Below, in pieces: positions 24,566 to 35,141 of a stretch of 36,245 nt of DNA. This DNA comes from Octopus bimaculoides. Lineage: Eukaryota. The stretch is from NCBI RefSeq assembly GCF_001194135.2, contig NC_069001.1, forward strand, positions 12,228,465 through 12,264,709, given 5' to 3'. The notes beneath the pieces were generated by a model that saw only the letters and a list, made by a program, of their open reading frames with translations, did not search any database and was not told the origin of the DNA. How positions within the stretch are numbered: position 1 is the first letter of the stretch; each line of letters begins with the position of its first letter. A program made the position numbers and the translations under genes.

Positions 24566-24758
24566 GTGTTTGACCCCCCAACATCACTTGACATCTGATG
24601 CTGGTGTGTTTGCGTCCCCATAACATAGCGGTTCGTCAAAAAGAGACCGATAGAATAAGTACTAGGCTTACAAAAATAAGTCCTGGTGTCGATTTGTTCC
24701 ACTAAATGCGGTGCTCTATCATAGCCGCAGTCAAAACGATTGAAACAAGTAAAAGAAT
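24373..24758 (+). mobile_element. SINE family B, near full length, internal (TA)(TG)n
   Basis: tRNA-like head with B-box gggttcagtccc, CORE-like accttgggcaagt, internal microsatellite, 3' end gaaacaagtaaaaga. Confidence 0.92.
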
Positions 24759-25029
24759 ATTACTTAACATAACGCCACACACTTTGTGAATTTATACCTG
24801 TATATATGTGTGTGTCTGGTACAAAAGTCACGTACCAAAATATCTAAAATTAATACTACGTAAATATTATTATCATTATTATTCATTTCGTTCATTACGT
24901 ACAAACAAGTACGTTGTGTATTCATTATGTATTTTATATTCAATTTTAGAAAAATTGAAGCATGTCATTCACAATCTCACTTCATATTGAACTTGTTTTG
25001 TACGTGACTTCTGCCTCTCTACACATACG

Positions 25030-25073
<44 letters not shown>

Positions 25074-25290
25074 NNNNNNNNNNGCAACACGGATTTTATG
25101 TATGCTCTCTCCCACTTGGTTTTAATATGTTGCCACATTTGTAATATGTCTTTTTTCTGCATTTTTCGTGCAGCTGAAGATTGCTCTTCATATTGCATTT
25201 AAGGTAATGCTCACATTACTTAAATAAATTGAAGTAGCATGAAACGTGCGTACTGCAATCACTTTTGAAATCCGTGTTGCTTATTGTTTG

Positions 25291-25328
<38 letters not shown>

Positions 25329-26158
25329 GCCGCACAGAAAAAATAATGTATATTCGTATAAATACTCAGGCGTCAAACCACATATAGCTTACACGCTCAG
25401 ATAAGGCATCCTTTCAATAAACAAATCAATAAGGTTAATGACTAACCCCTATTGATGTAATGTTCTGTATATGTATATACTTTATATGATAACCTATGGA
25501 AGACAGGAACCTTATGGAGCTGCATATTTGCCATTTCATGCATTACAAATTTTGTAATGGCAAAAATATAACGCTCTTAAGGGTTAACAAATATTCTGTA
25601 TATCTTGATAATGTGAGAGTTCGTGAATGTTTAAGGTGATTTAACAAATTGTAAAAAAAAACAGTGAATCTGATGTTTTCTATCAGCATTGATCGGGAAC
25701 AACAATTTGTCCTGATAGTGATGCACGGAAAACAGTCTAGGCCAAAAGTTACGCGCAACGTACGTTCAATACTCTATGGAATTGTCAAAGATATGCTTCA
25801 ATTTTGCTAAAATTTAATAAAATAAAATAATGATGATTACTATACAGATACTTGTAATTGATGAAGAGGATCCGCATCACAATATCGATAACTTATCCCA
25901 AAGGCTTAAGACACGTAGATTCGCCGAGCAAGTTCGTCTTAAGCAAACTGAAATCCTGAGACTTATGACATGTCCACCGAAAATAAAGCAGTGCGTTCAA
26001 CAATTTATGACAATTAATTAATCATAAGAAAACACTTATTTTTATCGAATTATAACAGATAGTGGGAAATGTATTGTCTATGCGAATAATTGGCGTAAGA
26101 AGCTGTGTATATTGTCATATAAATTTCTATTTCAACTGCCAAGTCAGATCTACACCTG

Positions 26159-26400
26159 GAGTTGTGGCCAAAAGTTTGGTACGTTTTGTTTTTTAATTTA
26201 AATTTGAATCGAAGTACAATTCGATTCAAATATATACGTGTTATATATTTGGGCGTTTAATATTAAAATATCTATTTTTCTGACATGTGTTCGAAACTTT
26301 TGGCCAAGTAATGGTATAGTCCAAATTAAATATAACTTTGGGCATTTAATAAAAAAAATTCTAATTCCAGACTTGTGTTCCAAACTTTTGGCCATCACTG
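26159..26400. mobile_element. Tc1/mariner-type MITE, about 242 bp
   Basis: Terminal inverted repeats GAGTTGTGGCCAAAAGTTTGGTAC (26159-26182) and the reverse complement of 26377-26400, CAGTGATGGCCAAAAGTTTGGAAC (20/24 identical; CAGT start typical of Tc1). No ORF; TA target duplication not preserved. Confidence 0.7.
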
Positions 26401-26506
26401 CAATACGATTTTGGTGTGTATTTCATGTAATACAATAGGTATTGTTCACTTTAAAATATGGTATCACGGGAAAGCATCACCTTAGAACTTTTTGCCAGAT
26501 ATGAAA

Positions 26507-26652
26507 GTACATTATTTATACTATTTACATTCGACGGATATTTGTCCTCATCTTGTTTGTTACGTTTCGGCTGATATACCCTCCAGCCTTCATCAGGTGT
26601 CTTGGGGGAAATTTTGAACTTGGGTTCTCATTCTTAAGGTATTTTTCGATGC

Positions 26653-26702
<50 letters not shown>

Positions 26703-26760
26703 CCACTGCGTGGAATCGAACTCGGAATCTTTGGGTTAGCAGCCCGTGCTCTTAACCACA
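26507..26760 (-). mobile_element. tRNA-headed SINE (family D) with hammerhead-like motif, left arm of inverted pair
   Basis: Minus strand tgtggttaagagcacgggctgctaacccaaagattccgagttcgattcc (tRNA-like, B-box GTTCGATTCC), then (AAT)n, then a body with CTGATGA...GAAAC. Confidence 0.85.
26561..26601 (-). ncRNA. Minimal type-I hammerhead ribozyme motif (core intact, stem I 3' strand deleted)
   Basis: gacac-CTGATGA-a-GGCTG-gagggtatat-CAGCC-GAAAC-GTA: perfect 5-bp stem II, palindromic ACGT, GUA site. Confidence 0.7.
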
Positions 26761-26968
26761 GTTCGATTCCAGGCAGTGATCTTAATAATAATAATAACAA
26801 CATCGAAAAATAACTTAGGAATGAGAACCCAGGTTCACAATTTCCCCAAGACGCCTGATGAATGCTGGAGGGTATTTCAGCCGAACCGTTGTGTTAACAA
26901 CAAACAAGATGAGGATAAATATCCGTCAAATTTAAATAATGTACATAATTCCTCATTTCTTAAATATA
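26761..26968 (+). mobile_element. SINE family D, right arm (starts exactly at the B-box)
   Basis: gttcgattccaggcagtg-(AAT)n-catcgaaaaata...gagaaccc...cccaagacgcctgatgaatgctggagggtatttcagccgaaccgttgtgtt; inverted copy of the left arm. Confidence 0.85.
26850..26895 (+). ncRNA. Minimal type-I hammerhead motif (stem I present, GAAA mutated to GAAC)
   Basis: gacgc-CTGATGA-a-tGCTG-gagggtattt-CAGCc-GAAC-C-GTT-gtgtt; GACGC pairs with GTGTT (stem I, two G-U pairs). Confidence 0.65.
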
Positions 26969-28323
26969 CATATGAATGTGTCAATAAAATTTTGCTTAAA
27001 CACTATGCTGCGATCTTACGTAATCCTGCAACATGATTATGCAAGGCAACACAATTATGCATTCAGTAAAGATAACCTAAATGAAAATAAATTCATCTCA
27101 CTGTGAATCTCCTCAACTCCTTCTCTGGTCGCCAAACGAAGTAGCTTCAGAATTTCAATTATCAAGGTTACTTGAACATATTAGTAGTGAAATTAGAAAA
27201 AAAAATATATAAATGCCATTCAGAGGCGTAAACGGCAGTTAAAAACCTTTTCCACTCCCAAAGAAACAAGAAAATGGTTTTGAGTAGGGAAAATGTTATT
27301 CCTAACGAAGGCGATTACACTTTGAATGAATAAACACACTTGCGATATGTGTTATGCTGATTTGAACTCATTACGAGAAATACTTTACATTTCACTACCC
27401 TTAATATATCCCTCCCCAAACACACACACTCACATGCATGTGCACACATATGCATATATGTATAACTGTGTACTTACATACATACATGCATGCATATACA
27501 CACACACACACACACATATATATATACATTTATACATACACACATATGCTAACTGTAAAATTGCATTTAACGTGCGTAAATATATACATATATGCATACA
27601 TACAACATCCTCTAACGGACACATATAAGGAAACCGTCTATACACATACATATATACGGACGTACATACAAACAAGCGTGCATACATATACAATCTATAA
27701 ATAAATATACATTTACACACACTCACACGCATATATATATGCATATATATATATATATACAGTACATATATATAACTGTGAACACGCACACACATACATA
27801 CGCATATTGTTACATAAGTATAAAAACTTACACCTCATATTAGTACATAGATATATTAGTATATACGTATAAAGATATATAATATATAAACGTATATATA
27901 TACGTGTATACACACACACATGTATATACATACGTATGTTGGTATATATAAGTACACGTGTTTATATCTATCTGCGTGTTTGTATTTTCATCAAAGATTT
28001 ACATTTTTGTAAATCAACAAAGTTTTATAATCTTTCACTTCTTTTTTCCTCCACTCGACCCTTTCTCTTCCTATTTGGCATCTGTTGCTGTTTCTTCTTA
28101 TTTGAATTTTAGATAATTGTATTTTCTTGTTCGACAGTCTTGTAAAAAATAAAACACACAAACAACAAATACATCAACAACAACAACAAAACATTTTACA
28201 TCGCAATAATTACAACAAAGACAGCCACATCTACACGAATATTAATCATAAAGATTTTAATCATAACACTAAGGAGAAAGACATTGATGTATTTTCCAAA
28301 CCCATGAATAAATAATAAGATAT

Positions 28324-28652
28324 CACGATGCCGATGATGACGGTGATGATGACGACGATGAAGATGATGACCATTGTGAAGCTGATGATGATGACGATGA
28401 AGTAGACGATCATGATAATGATGATGGGGAAGTTGATGATAATGATGACGATGATGGTGATGGTGATGATGAGGATAATGATGATGAGGGTGAAGGTGAT
28501 GATGATAATGATGACGATGATGATGATGGTGATGATGATGATGATGAGGACGATGAGGACGATGAAGACGACGATGACGATGATGACGCGGATGATGGTG
28601 ACGATGAGGGTGACGACGATGATGATGACGACGATGACGATGATGATGATGA
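28324..28652. repeat. Imperfect (GAT/GAC/GAG/GGT)n trinucleotide tract
   Basis: About 110 triplets in one phase; reads poly-Asp on the plus strand and poly-His on the minus strand. Confidence 0.95.
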
Positions 28653-28656
28653 TATA

Positions 28657-28763
28657 GCACAAGGCCGACAATTTCGAGGGGTGAGTTTAGTCCATTATAT
28701 CGGCCCCAGTACTCGACTGGTAATTATCCTATGAGCCCCCGAGAGGATAAGAGGTAGAGTAGA
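28657..28763 (-). mobile_element. SINE family A, 3' fragment
   Basis: gcacaaggcc...cggccccagtactcgactggta matches 35860-35930. Confidence 0.7.
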
Positions 28764-30508
28764 AATAATGACGATAATGATGATGATGTGAAAATAATAA
28801 TCATTGCAGAAATAGCAGTAGTAGTAGTAGTAGTAGTAACAATAACAACACGAACATTAATGTTAGTGATGAAAATATTTCTTTAAATAAAAAAGAAAGC
28901 GAATAACTTGAAATACTGACGAGCCTACGGGGCGCGAGAAGACGTCGACAAATTTTATTCTATTCTTATACGAAAGTATGAAAAACAAAATATAAAAGGA
29001 CGGATAGAAGCGACAAAGAAATGTGTGTAATCTTGTAGTCTTGTTGTTGATATTGTGTTTTTTTTACTTCTTGGTGTGGTGTAATTATTTTGTTTACTAC
29101 TATTATTAAGAAATGGGCATAAGTCAGATGAATTTTACTCTTCATTTTTCCTTTAGAAACCGATATATATATATATATATATGTCGTTTCTATGAATATG
29201 AGCATATATATATATATATATTATATATATATACTTCTTTCATCTTTATTTTATACATACATACATATATATTTATATATATTTCAAAGTAAACAGAAAT
29301 TCTCGAACGTAGGACGCCTCTGAAGTCACCGTAGAAAATCGAGTAAAAAAGGCTAGCAACCTCTATATAAAATCGAACCCTGGACACCTCTGTCTGTCTC
29401 TCTCCCCNNNNNNNNNNNNNNNNNNNNNNNNNNNNNNNNNNNNNNNNNNNNNNNNNNNNNNNNNNNNNNNNNNNNNNNNNNNNNNNNNNNNNNNNNNNNN
29501 NNNNNNNNNNNNNNNNNNNNNNNNNNNNNNNNNNNNNNNNNNNNNNNNNNNNNNNNNNNNNNNNNNNNNNNNNNNNNNNNNNNNNNNNNNNNNNNNNNNN
29601 NNNNNNNNNNNNNNNNNNNNNNNNNNNNNNNNNNNNNNNNNNNNNNNNNNNNNNNNNNNNNNNNNNNNNNNNNNNNNNNNNNNNNNNNNNNNNNNNNNNN
29701 NNNNNNNNNNNNNNNNNNNNNNNNNNNNNNNNNNNNNNNNNNNNNNNNNNNNNNNNNNNNNNNNNNNNNNNNNNNNNNNNNNNNNNNNNNNNNNNNNNNN
29801 NNNNNNNNNNNNNNNNNNNNNNNNNNNNNNNNNNNNNNNNNNNNNNNNNNNNNNNNNNNNNNNNNNNNNNNNNNNNNNNNNNNNNNNNNNNNNNNNNNNN
29901 NNNNNNNNNNNNNNNNNNNNNNNNNNNNNNNNNNNNNNNNNNNNNNNNNNNNNNNNNNNNNNNNNNNNNNNNNNNNNNNNNNNNNNNNNNTGTGTGTGTG
30001 TGTGTGTGTGTATCTATCTATATATATACATATATATATACACACATAAATATACCAGCTCTACTTATATGAAAATCTTTCAGTTAGGAATGCGTAGGTT
30101 TTATTATGAGAAGAATAAATTTACGCTGCTTGAATTCACGCAACGACAAGTGTTTCATGTTGGATGTTAGAGATAGCATGCACACTTTTACTGTTCGCCT
30201 TATAGATATTCATTTCTTACGTGCGCGATTGTACGTTACATTCTTCGCTCGAAACTTCCAGAGGAGGGAGCGTGTAGGTTTATCGATACTTCTTGTTCCT
30301 TTGATAAAATTGGTAGCGAATGATATTGAGACAATGGCATAAATACCGACTACATGAAGTACAGATAATTTTGAATTGCAGTAAAGTTATCGTCATCCAA
30401 ATTGTATTAAGAATATTTGGAACGGTGGTAAATATTTGAAATTCTTTAGTGATTGAAGATGCAGTGTATTCAGGTAGATTTCTTGGTTCTATAGAAAGCT
30501 TTGTTTGC

Positions 30509-30599
30509 ATGAGAGTGCGGGTTGTACTCCGATGTATGAGAGTGCGGGTTGTACTCCGATATCTTGATGTATGAGAGTGCGGGTTGTACTCCGATATCT
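30509..30599. repeat. Three identical 25-bp tandem units
   Basis: atgagagtgcgggttgtactccgat at 30509, 30536 and 30571. Confidence 0.97.
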
Positions 30600-30671
30600 A
30601 GTATACTATTACCAGTAGAACGTCAAAGAAATTTTGTGCGTATGGACATATTAATAAAACTGGTATCAGAT

Positions 30672-30796
30672 TCTGGCACAAGGCCAGCAATTTCATGGGT
30701 GGGTGGGTTATAAGTTGGTTATATCGGCCGCAATGCTCTACTGGTGCTTATTTTATTGACTCCAGAAAGGACGAAACGCAAAGTCGACTTCGGTGG
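30672..30796 (-). mobile_element. SINE family A, 3' fragment
   Basis: ggcacaaggcc...ctggtgcttattttattgactccagaaaggacgaaacgcaaagtcgacttcggtgg. Confidence 0.75.
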
Positions 30797-30799
30797 ACA

Positions 30800-31625
30800 C
30801 TATATTCTTCGAAGTCATAATGCTGATGTAGATCAAGCAACAACCCATTATTGGCTGAGAAGATCAAGACTGAAAGCAGACACGGAAGGTTTTATATTGG
30901 CGGCAATCAAGATCAAGGCTTGCTTACAAAACCTACGGTTCTGATGAAACAGTTGACCATCCAGAAAAATCGTCACGATAGGGTAGGACAATATTGACAT
31001 TGGAAAATATTTAACACTTACTGGTATGTTTATTGATATGAACATCATCCTGAGCCAGTTGTTGAAGGTAAAAATGTCACTATCCTCTGGGATTTTCCAG
31101 TCGATACTGACATAACGATCCAGGATAATCAACCAGATATTATTATCAAAGACAGGGACGAAAATACTTGTAGACTAATAGGTGCAAGTGTTCCCACCGA
31201 TAAAAGTATATTTCTCAAGGAATTTGACAAACTAAATTAATATAAGTACCTGGAAATTGAAATACAAAAGAGGTGGCATCTTAAAACGAGAACTGTTCCT
31301 CTTATTGTAGGTGCCCTAGGTGTGATAAAAAAAAGGGATGTCAGAAACATCTAGATAAGTTCCCAGGAGACCCATGTCTGATGGAAATCCGAAACATAGT
31401 ACTAACAATTACTGGCCACATCCTTAGATAAAGCCTATCCTTGTGTTGTATTACGAGAAGATATTTCGCTAGTTCCCCTCCCCAAGCTTTCAGTCATACT
31501 GTAACATCTCTTATCCTTTACAGGCCCCAGGTCATTAGGTGTGTCTCGGCAAGTGACTTTAACCAACATGCAGATTAAAAGTTTAAAAAATGAATATTAG
31601 AAATAATTTTTTTTTAATCAAATAA
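30800..31625 (+). mobile_element. RLE-type (R4/Dong-like) non-LTR retrotransposon, 5'-truncated, internally deleted
   Basis: WLRRSRLKADTEGFILAA/QDQ, DETVDH, RHDRVGQY*HW, YEHHPEPVVEGKNVTILWDF, NQPDIIIKD (PD at 31133-31138), KL..Y..LEIEIQKRW, VPLIVGALGVI, GHILR; 3' UTR then aataataata. Confidence 0.9.
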
Positions 31626-31814
31626 TAATAGTAATGATGATATAATGGTCACCAGCAACAATGAGATGCGAAACACTGTCACTACAAACAAGAAAAAAGA
31701 TAATGAGGGCTTGGCCAAATAGAAGAAACGTTCGTCTTTCAGCCCTTTGAAGCTAGTTCACGACACAAACTCTTTCGCGAAGGCCACTACTCAAAGGAGT
31801 ACTGGCTGCCTTTC

Positions 31815-31900
31815 TGTCAACAGCAGCAGCAGCAATAGTAGTAGTATTAACGATAATAATAATATTAGCAGCAGCAACACAACCACCACCAACAACACCA

Positions 31901-31940
<40 letters not shown>
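31815..31940. repeat. Compound trinucleotide microsatellite (AGC/AGT/AAC/AAT)
   Basis: Directly visible. Confidence 0.9.
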
Positions 31941-31942
<2 letters not shown>

Positions 31943-32344
31943 GTTGATGATGTCTGCTCTATTTTTTTTTCAATTCAACATTTTTTGAAATGGTTTCTCA
32001 ATTTACCTACATACCCCGATCGACCACTTCCCCATAAATACAACAGTCCATTGTTGTTTATTAAGAATAGAACTAAATTTACTTTCGATATATTGTCTTC
32101 TTATTGAATCTAACGTTGTCTTTCTATATTCTATTTATCATTTGTCCTTGTTATTTTTAATTCCACTCTAATTTCATTTGTCTGTGCATTAGTTGTAAAT
32201 AAATTTACTGGATGAACACATCATTTCAAGACGAATTGTGTTGAAAAACGCAATAGTAATAATAAATAAATAAAAATAAAAGAAAAAAACATAAAGCTAA
32301 AATAAATTCGCCTCAAGCACAAACGAAAATCAAGATAAAGGTTG

Positions 32345-32490
32345 TGTGGAAGCATGTCTGTTGGGTTAAAGAGTTCGCCTTGCAACTACGTTGCTTCCTA
32401 TTCAATTGTTCTGCCTGGAACCTTAGGCAAGTTCCTTTTTGTAAGCCTTGTGACTGAAAGTAATTAACGGAAAAAGTGAGGAAGCTCATC
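32345..32490 (+). mobile_element. Old family-B-like SINE head
   Basis: tgggttaaagagttcgccttgcaactacg...ggaaccttaggcaagtt...aagccttgtga...acggaaa follows the family B order. Confidence 0.5.
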
Positions 32491-32779
32491 GAGTGGGTTA
32501 CTTTTTAGGGAGATGCACTCACGATCGCGAGATCGGGATCAGGAATTTCAGATCTGATGGTGCGTTGGCTTCTTCAGAAAAACACTTCATTTCACATAGA
32601 CTGTCTGTCTGTCTGCCCGTCTGTCTGTCTGCCCGTCTGTCTGTCTGCCTCTCTCTGCTCTCTCTATCTATCTATATGTATATATATATTTGTGCATGCG
32701 TGTGAATGTGTGTGTGAATGTGTGAATGTGCATGTGTATGTATGTCTGCATCTATACATGCACACATACATACATATAT

Positions 32780-32983
32780 TACTCTTACTTTTTTACTTGT
32801 TTCAGTCATTTGACTGCGGCCAAGCTGGAGCACCCTTTAGTCGAGCAAAACGACCCGGACTTATTCTTTGTAAGCCTAGTACTTATTCTATCGGTCTCTT
32901 TTGCCGAACCGCTAATGTTACGGGAACGTAAACACACCAGCATCGGTTGCCAAGTGATGTGGGGGAGGGTGCAAACACAGACA

Positions 32984-33043
<60 letters not shown>

Positions 33044-33197
33044 CGACGGGCGTCTTTCAGTTTCCGTCTACCAAGTCCACTCACATGGCTTTGGTCGGCC
33101 CACGGCTATAGTAGAAGACACTTGCCCAAGGTGCCACGCAGTGGCACTCAACCCGGAACCATGTGGTTGGTAAGCAAGCTACTTACCCCACAGCCAC
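32780..33197 (-). mobile_element. SINE family B, full length
   Basis: Minus strand: A-box-like tggctgtggggtaag, B-box region gggttgagtgcc, accttgggcaagt, internal (TA)n(TG)n, 3' end gactgaaacaagtaaaa. Confidence 0.93.
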
Positions 33198-34050
33198 AAT
33201 ACTAATAATAATGATAGTAAATTTCTTACATTGAACAGAAGATGACATTTTGAAGGAGGAATTTTTAATTAAACTGACACATTCTATTGTCGGTATTTAT
33301 TTAATATCTCAAACAGTGACGTGTTTAATATTGGAAAGTACAGATATCTGCTTAAATATATGTGCTAGCTGACACATTTGTATGTCTTTCGTATATATAC
33401 TTATACATACGCATGTGGGCTGGTACGATTGTATATGGCCGCATATACAGAATACTGAATTTGTGTGTGCGTGAGGTGAATGTGTGTGTATGTAGTTTTG
33501 ATTGAGCGTGCATGTGGATATAGTGTAAAATACTATTGTTAATATAGTGTATAAAACGATATTGTTCTGAAGCATTTCATTGTGAAAACGTTGGCATTCT
33601 TGGGGAATTTTTAATAGAACTTTAGAAACAAAAAAATTTATCGAGACTGTCAAGTCAACCAAACAACGTGCTAAAGTTAATCCTATGTGTCGTATATGCA
33701 CATTATTTTATGGTTTACCGTAAATATTTTTAATAATGTCGATAATATAGTTCTATGTCAATATCGTATCAAGTACTGTCATCATATGATTACCAATAGA
33801 AATATCCTGTTTAGTTGGAACAGCTTTAGAACGGAGCCGTACTTGAAGTTGGTTGATATCTCATTCATCAATTCCGTGTAAGGGAAATGTTTGTCTTGAA
33901 AGTCTGTTATTGATAGTTTTCCAAACATTTATTCGAATTCATTGTGTTTATTTAACGGATCAATTGCACGGTGAATATTTCTGTTTTATTGTCAGGATTT
34001 GATGGAAATTGACAAATATAGGCATGCGTGTTTGTTTGTATGTATATATG

Positions 34051-34057
<7 letters not shown>

Positions 34058-34109
<52 letters not shown>

Positions 34110-34119
34110 NNNNNNNNNN

Positions 34120-34190
<71 letters not shown>
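34058..34190. repeat. (GT)n microsatellite interrupted by a 10-N gap
   Basis: Directly visible. Confidence 0.97.
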
Positions 34191-34194
<4 letters not shown>

Positions 34195-34895
34195 GTGTGA
34201 CGAGATATGAGGAGTTTGGCGTTCGTGTCTTTGTTAGACATAAAAATGGCGGACTATGCTTACGTATGTGTGTTTGTTAGACATTAAAATGGTAGACGTC
34301 TGATTTAAATGATTGCCTAAGGAGAAATCAATGGTGACTTGTAAGTTAACGGCGAGAATAGAAACGGTATTAACGCGATGACTGGGATATATTATCATGT
34401 TAAATAGTTCAAAAGAATTTAGAAGCAATATTAAAATCAACAAATTGAAAAGTTAATCGCTGCTTCACCTACCTAAATGGGAGATACACACAAAAGAGAA
34501 TATTTGTAGCTTTGCAGCGTAGACGGAGAACATCTATTATAGTTACAGTTCAAACATATATAGACATTTCATGTGATATATCAAGAAATTTTAATACTAC
34601 AATATTTTAAATAAATTTCAACTACTTATACACAGAATGTATGTGAAATGATAATAGATATTCAGTTCAAGATCGCCATTAACAACAGAAACTGGAACAG
34701 CGACAACCAGTTCTGACAAGGCGGTAATGATTAGCCACAAGAGAGAAAATATCTCTAGACAAATTTTAGAAGTCGTAAACTTAATGAAAAACCCCGATTA
34801 ATAAAGATTTCGATGGCCGCCATTATAGCTTTATCGCTTAGTTCGCTGATGTATTACTGCTGCTGCTACTAATAAAAATAACAATAATAAGAATA

Positions 34896-34900
<5 letters not shown>

Positions 34901-34950
<50 letters not shown>
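34901..34950. repeat. (AAT)n microsatellite
   Basis: Directly visible. Confidence 0.97.
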
Positions 34951-34954
<4 letters not shown>

Positions 34955-35099
34955 AACAACAGCGACAATGATAACAATAGTAATAAAAATCTACAAAACA
35001 ATTACAAGAAAACTAACTATAAATGTCGCCTATTTATCTCTCACCTATCTATAAATTTATCACTTGAAATTAAAAATTCGAATGTTATGTCTGAACACA

Positions 35100-35141
<42 letters not shown>

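Noticed and set aside
25830-26021. 63-aa ORF or exon candidates on either strand
   Set aside because: The minus-strand splice-bounded segment has stops in all three frames; the plus-strand ORF has no recognisable motif.
28196-28660. Histidine-rich beak-protein-like gene on the minus strand
   Set aside because: GTG start inside a SINE edge; simple (CAT/CGT)n translation lacking the Gly-His repeat organisation of known beak proteins.
30509-30599. CRISPR-like array
   Set aside because: Spacers are only 2 and 10 nt and overlap the repeat; eukaryotic context; no cas genes.
30941-30950. CTGATGAAAC hammerhead-like string
   Set aside because: No stem II between the boxes; it is coding sequence (SDET) of the RLE element.
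31747-31947. Ser/Asn/Thr-rich ORF
   Set aside because: Translation of a compound trinucleotide microsatellite; no splice or start support.
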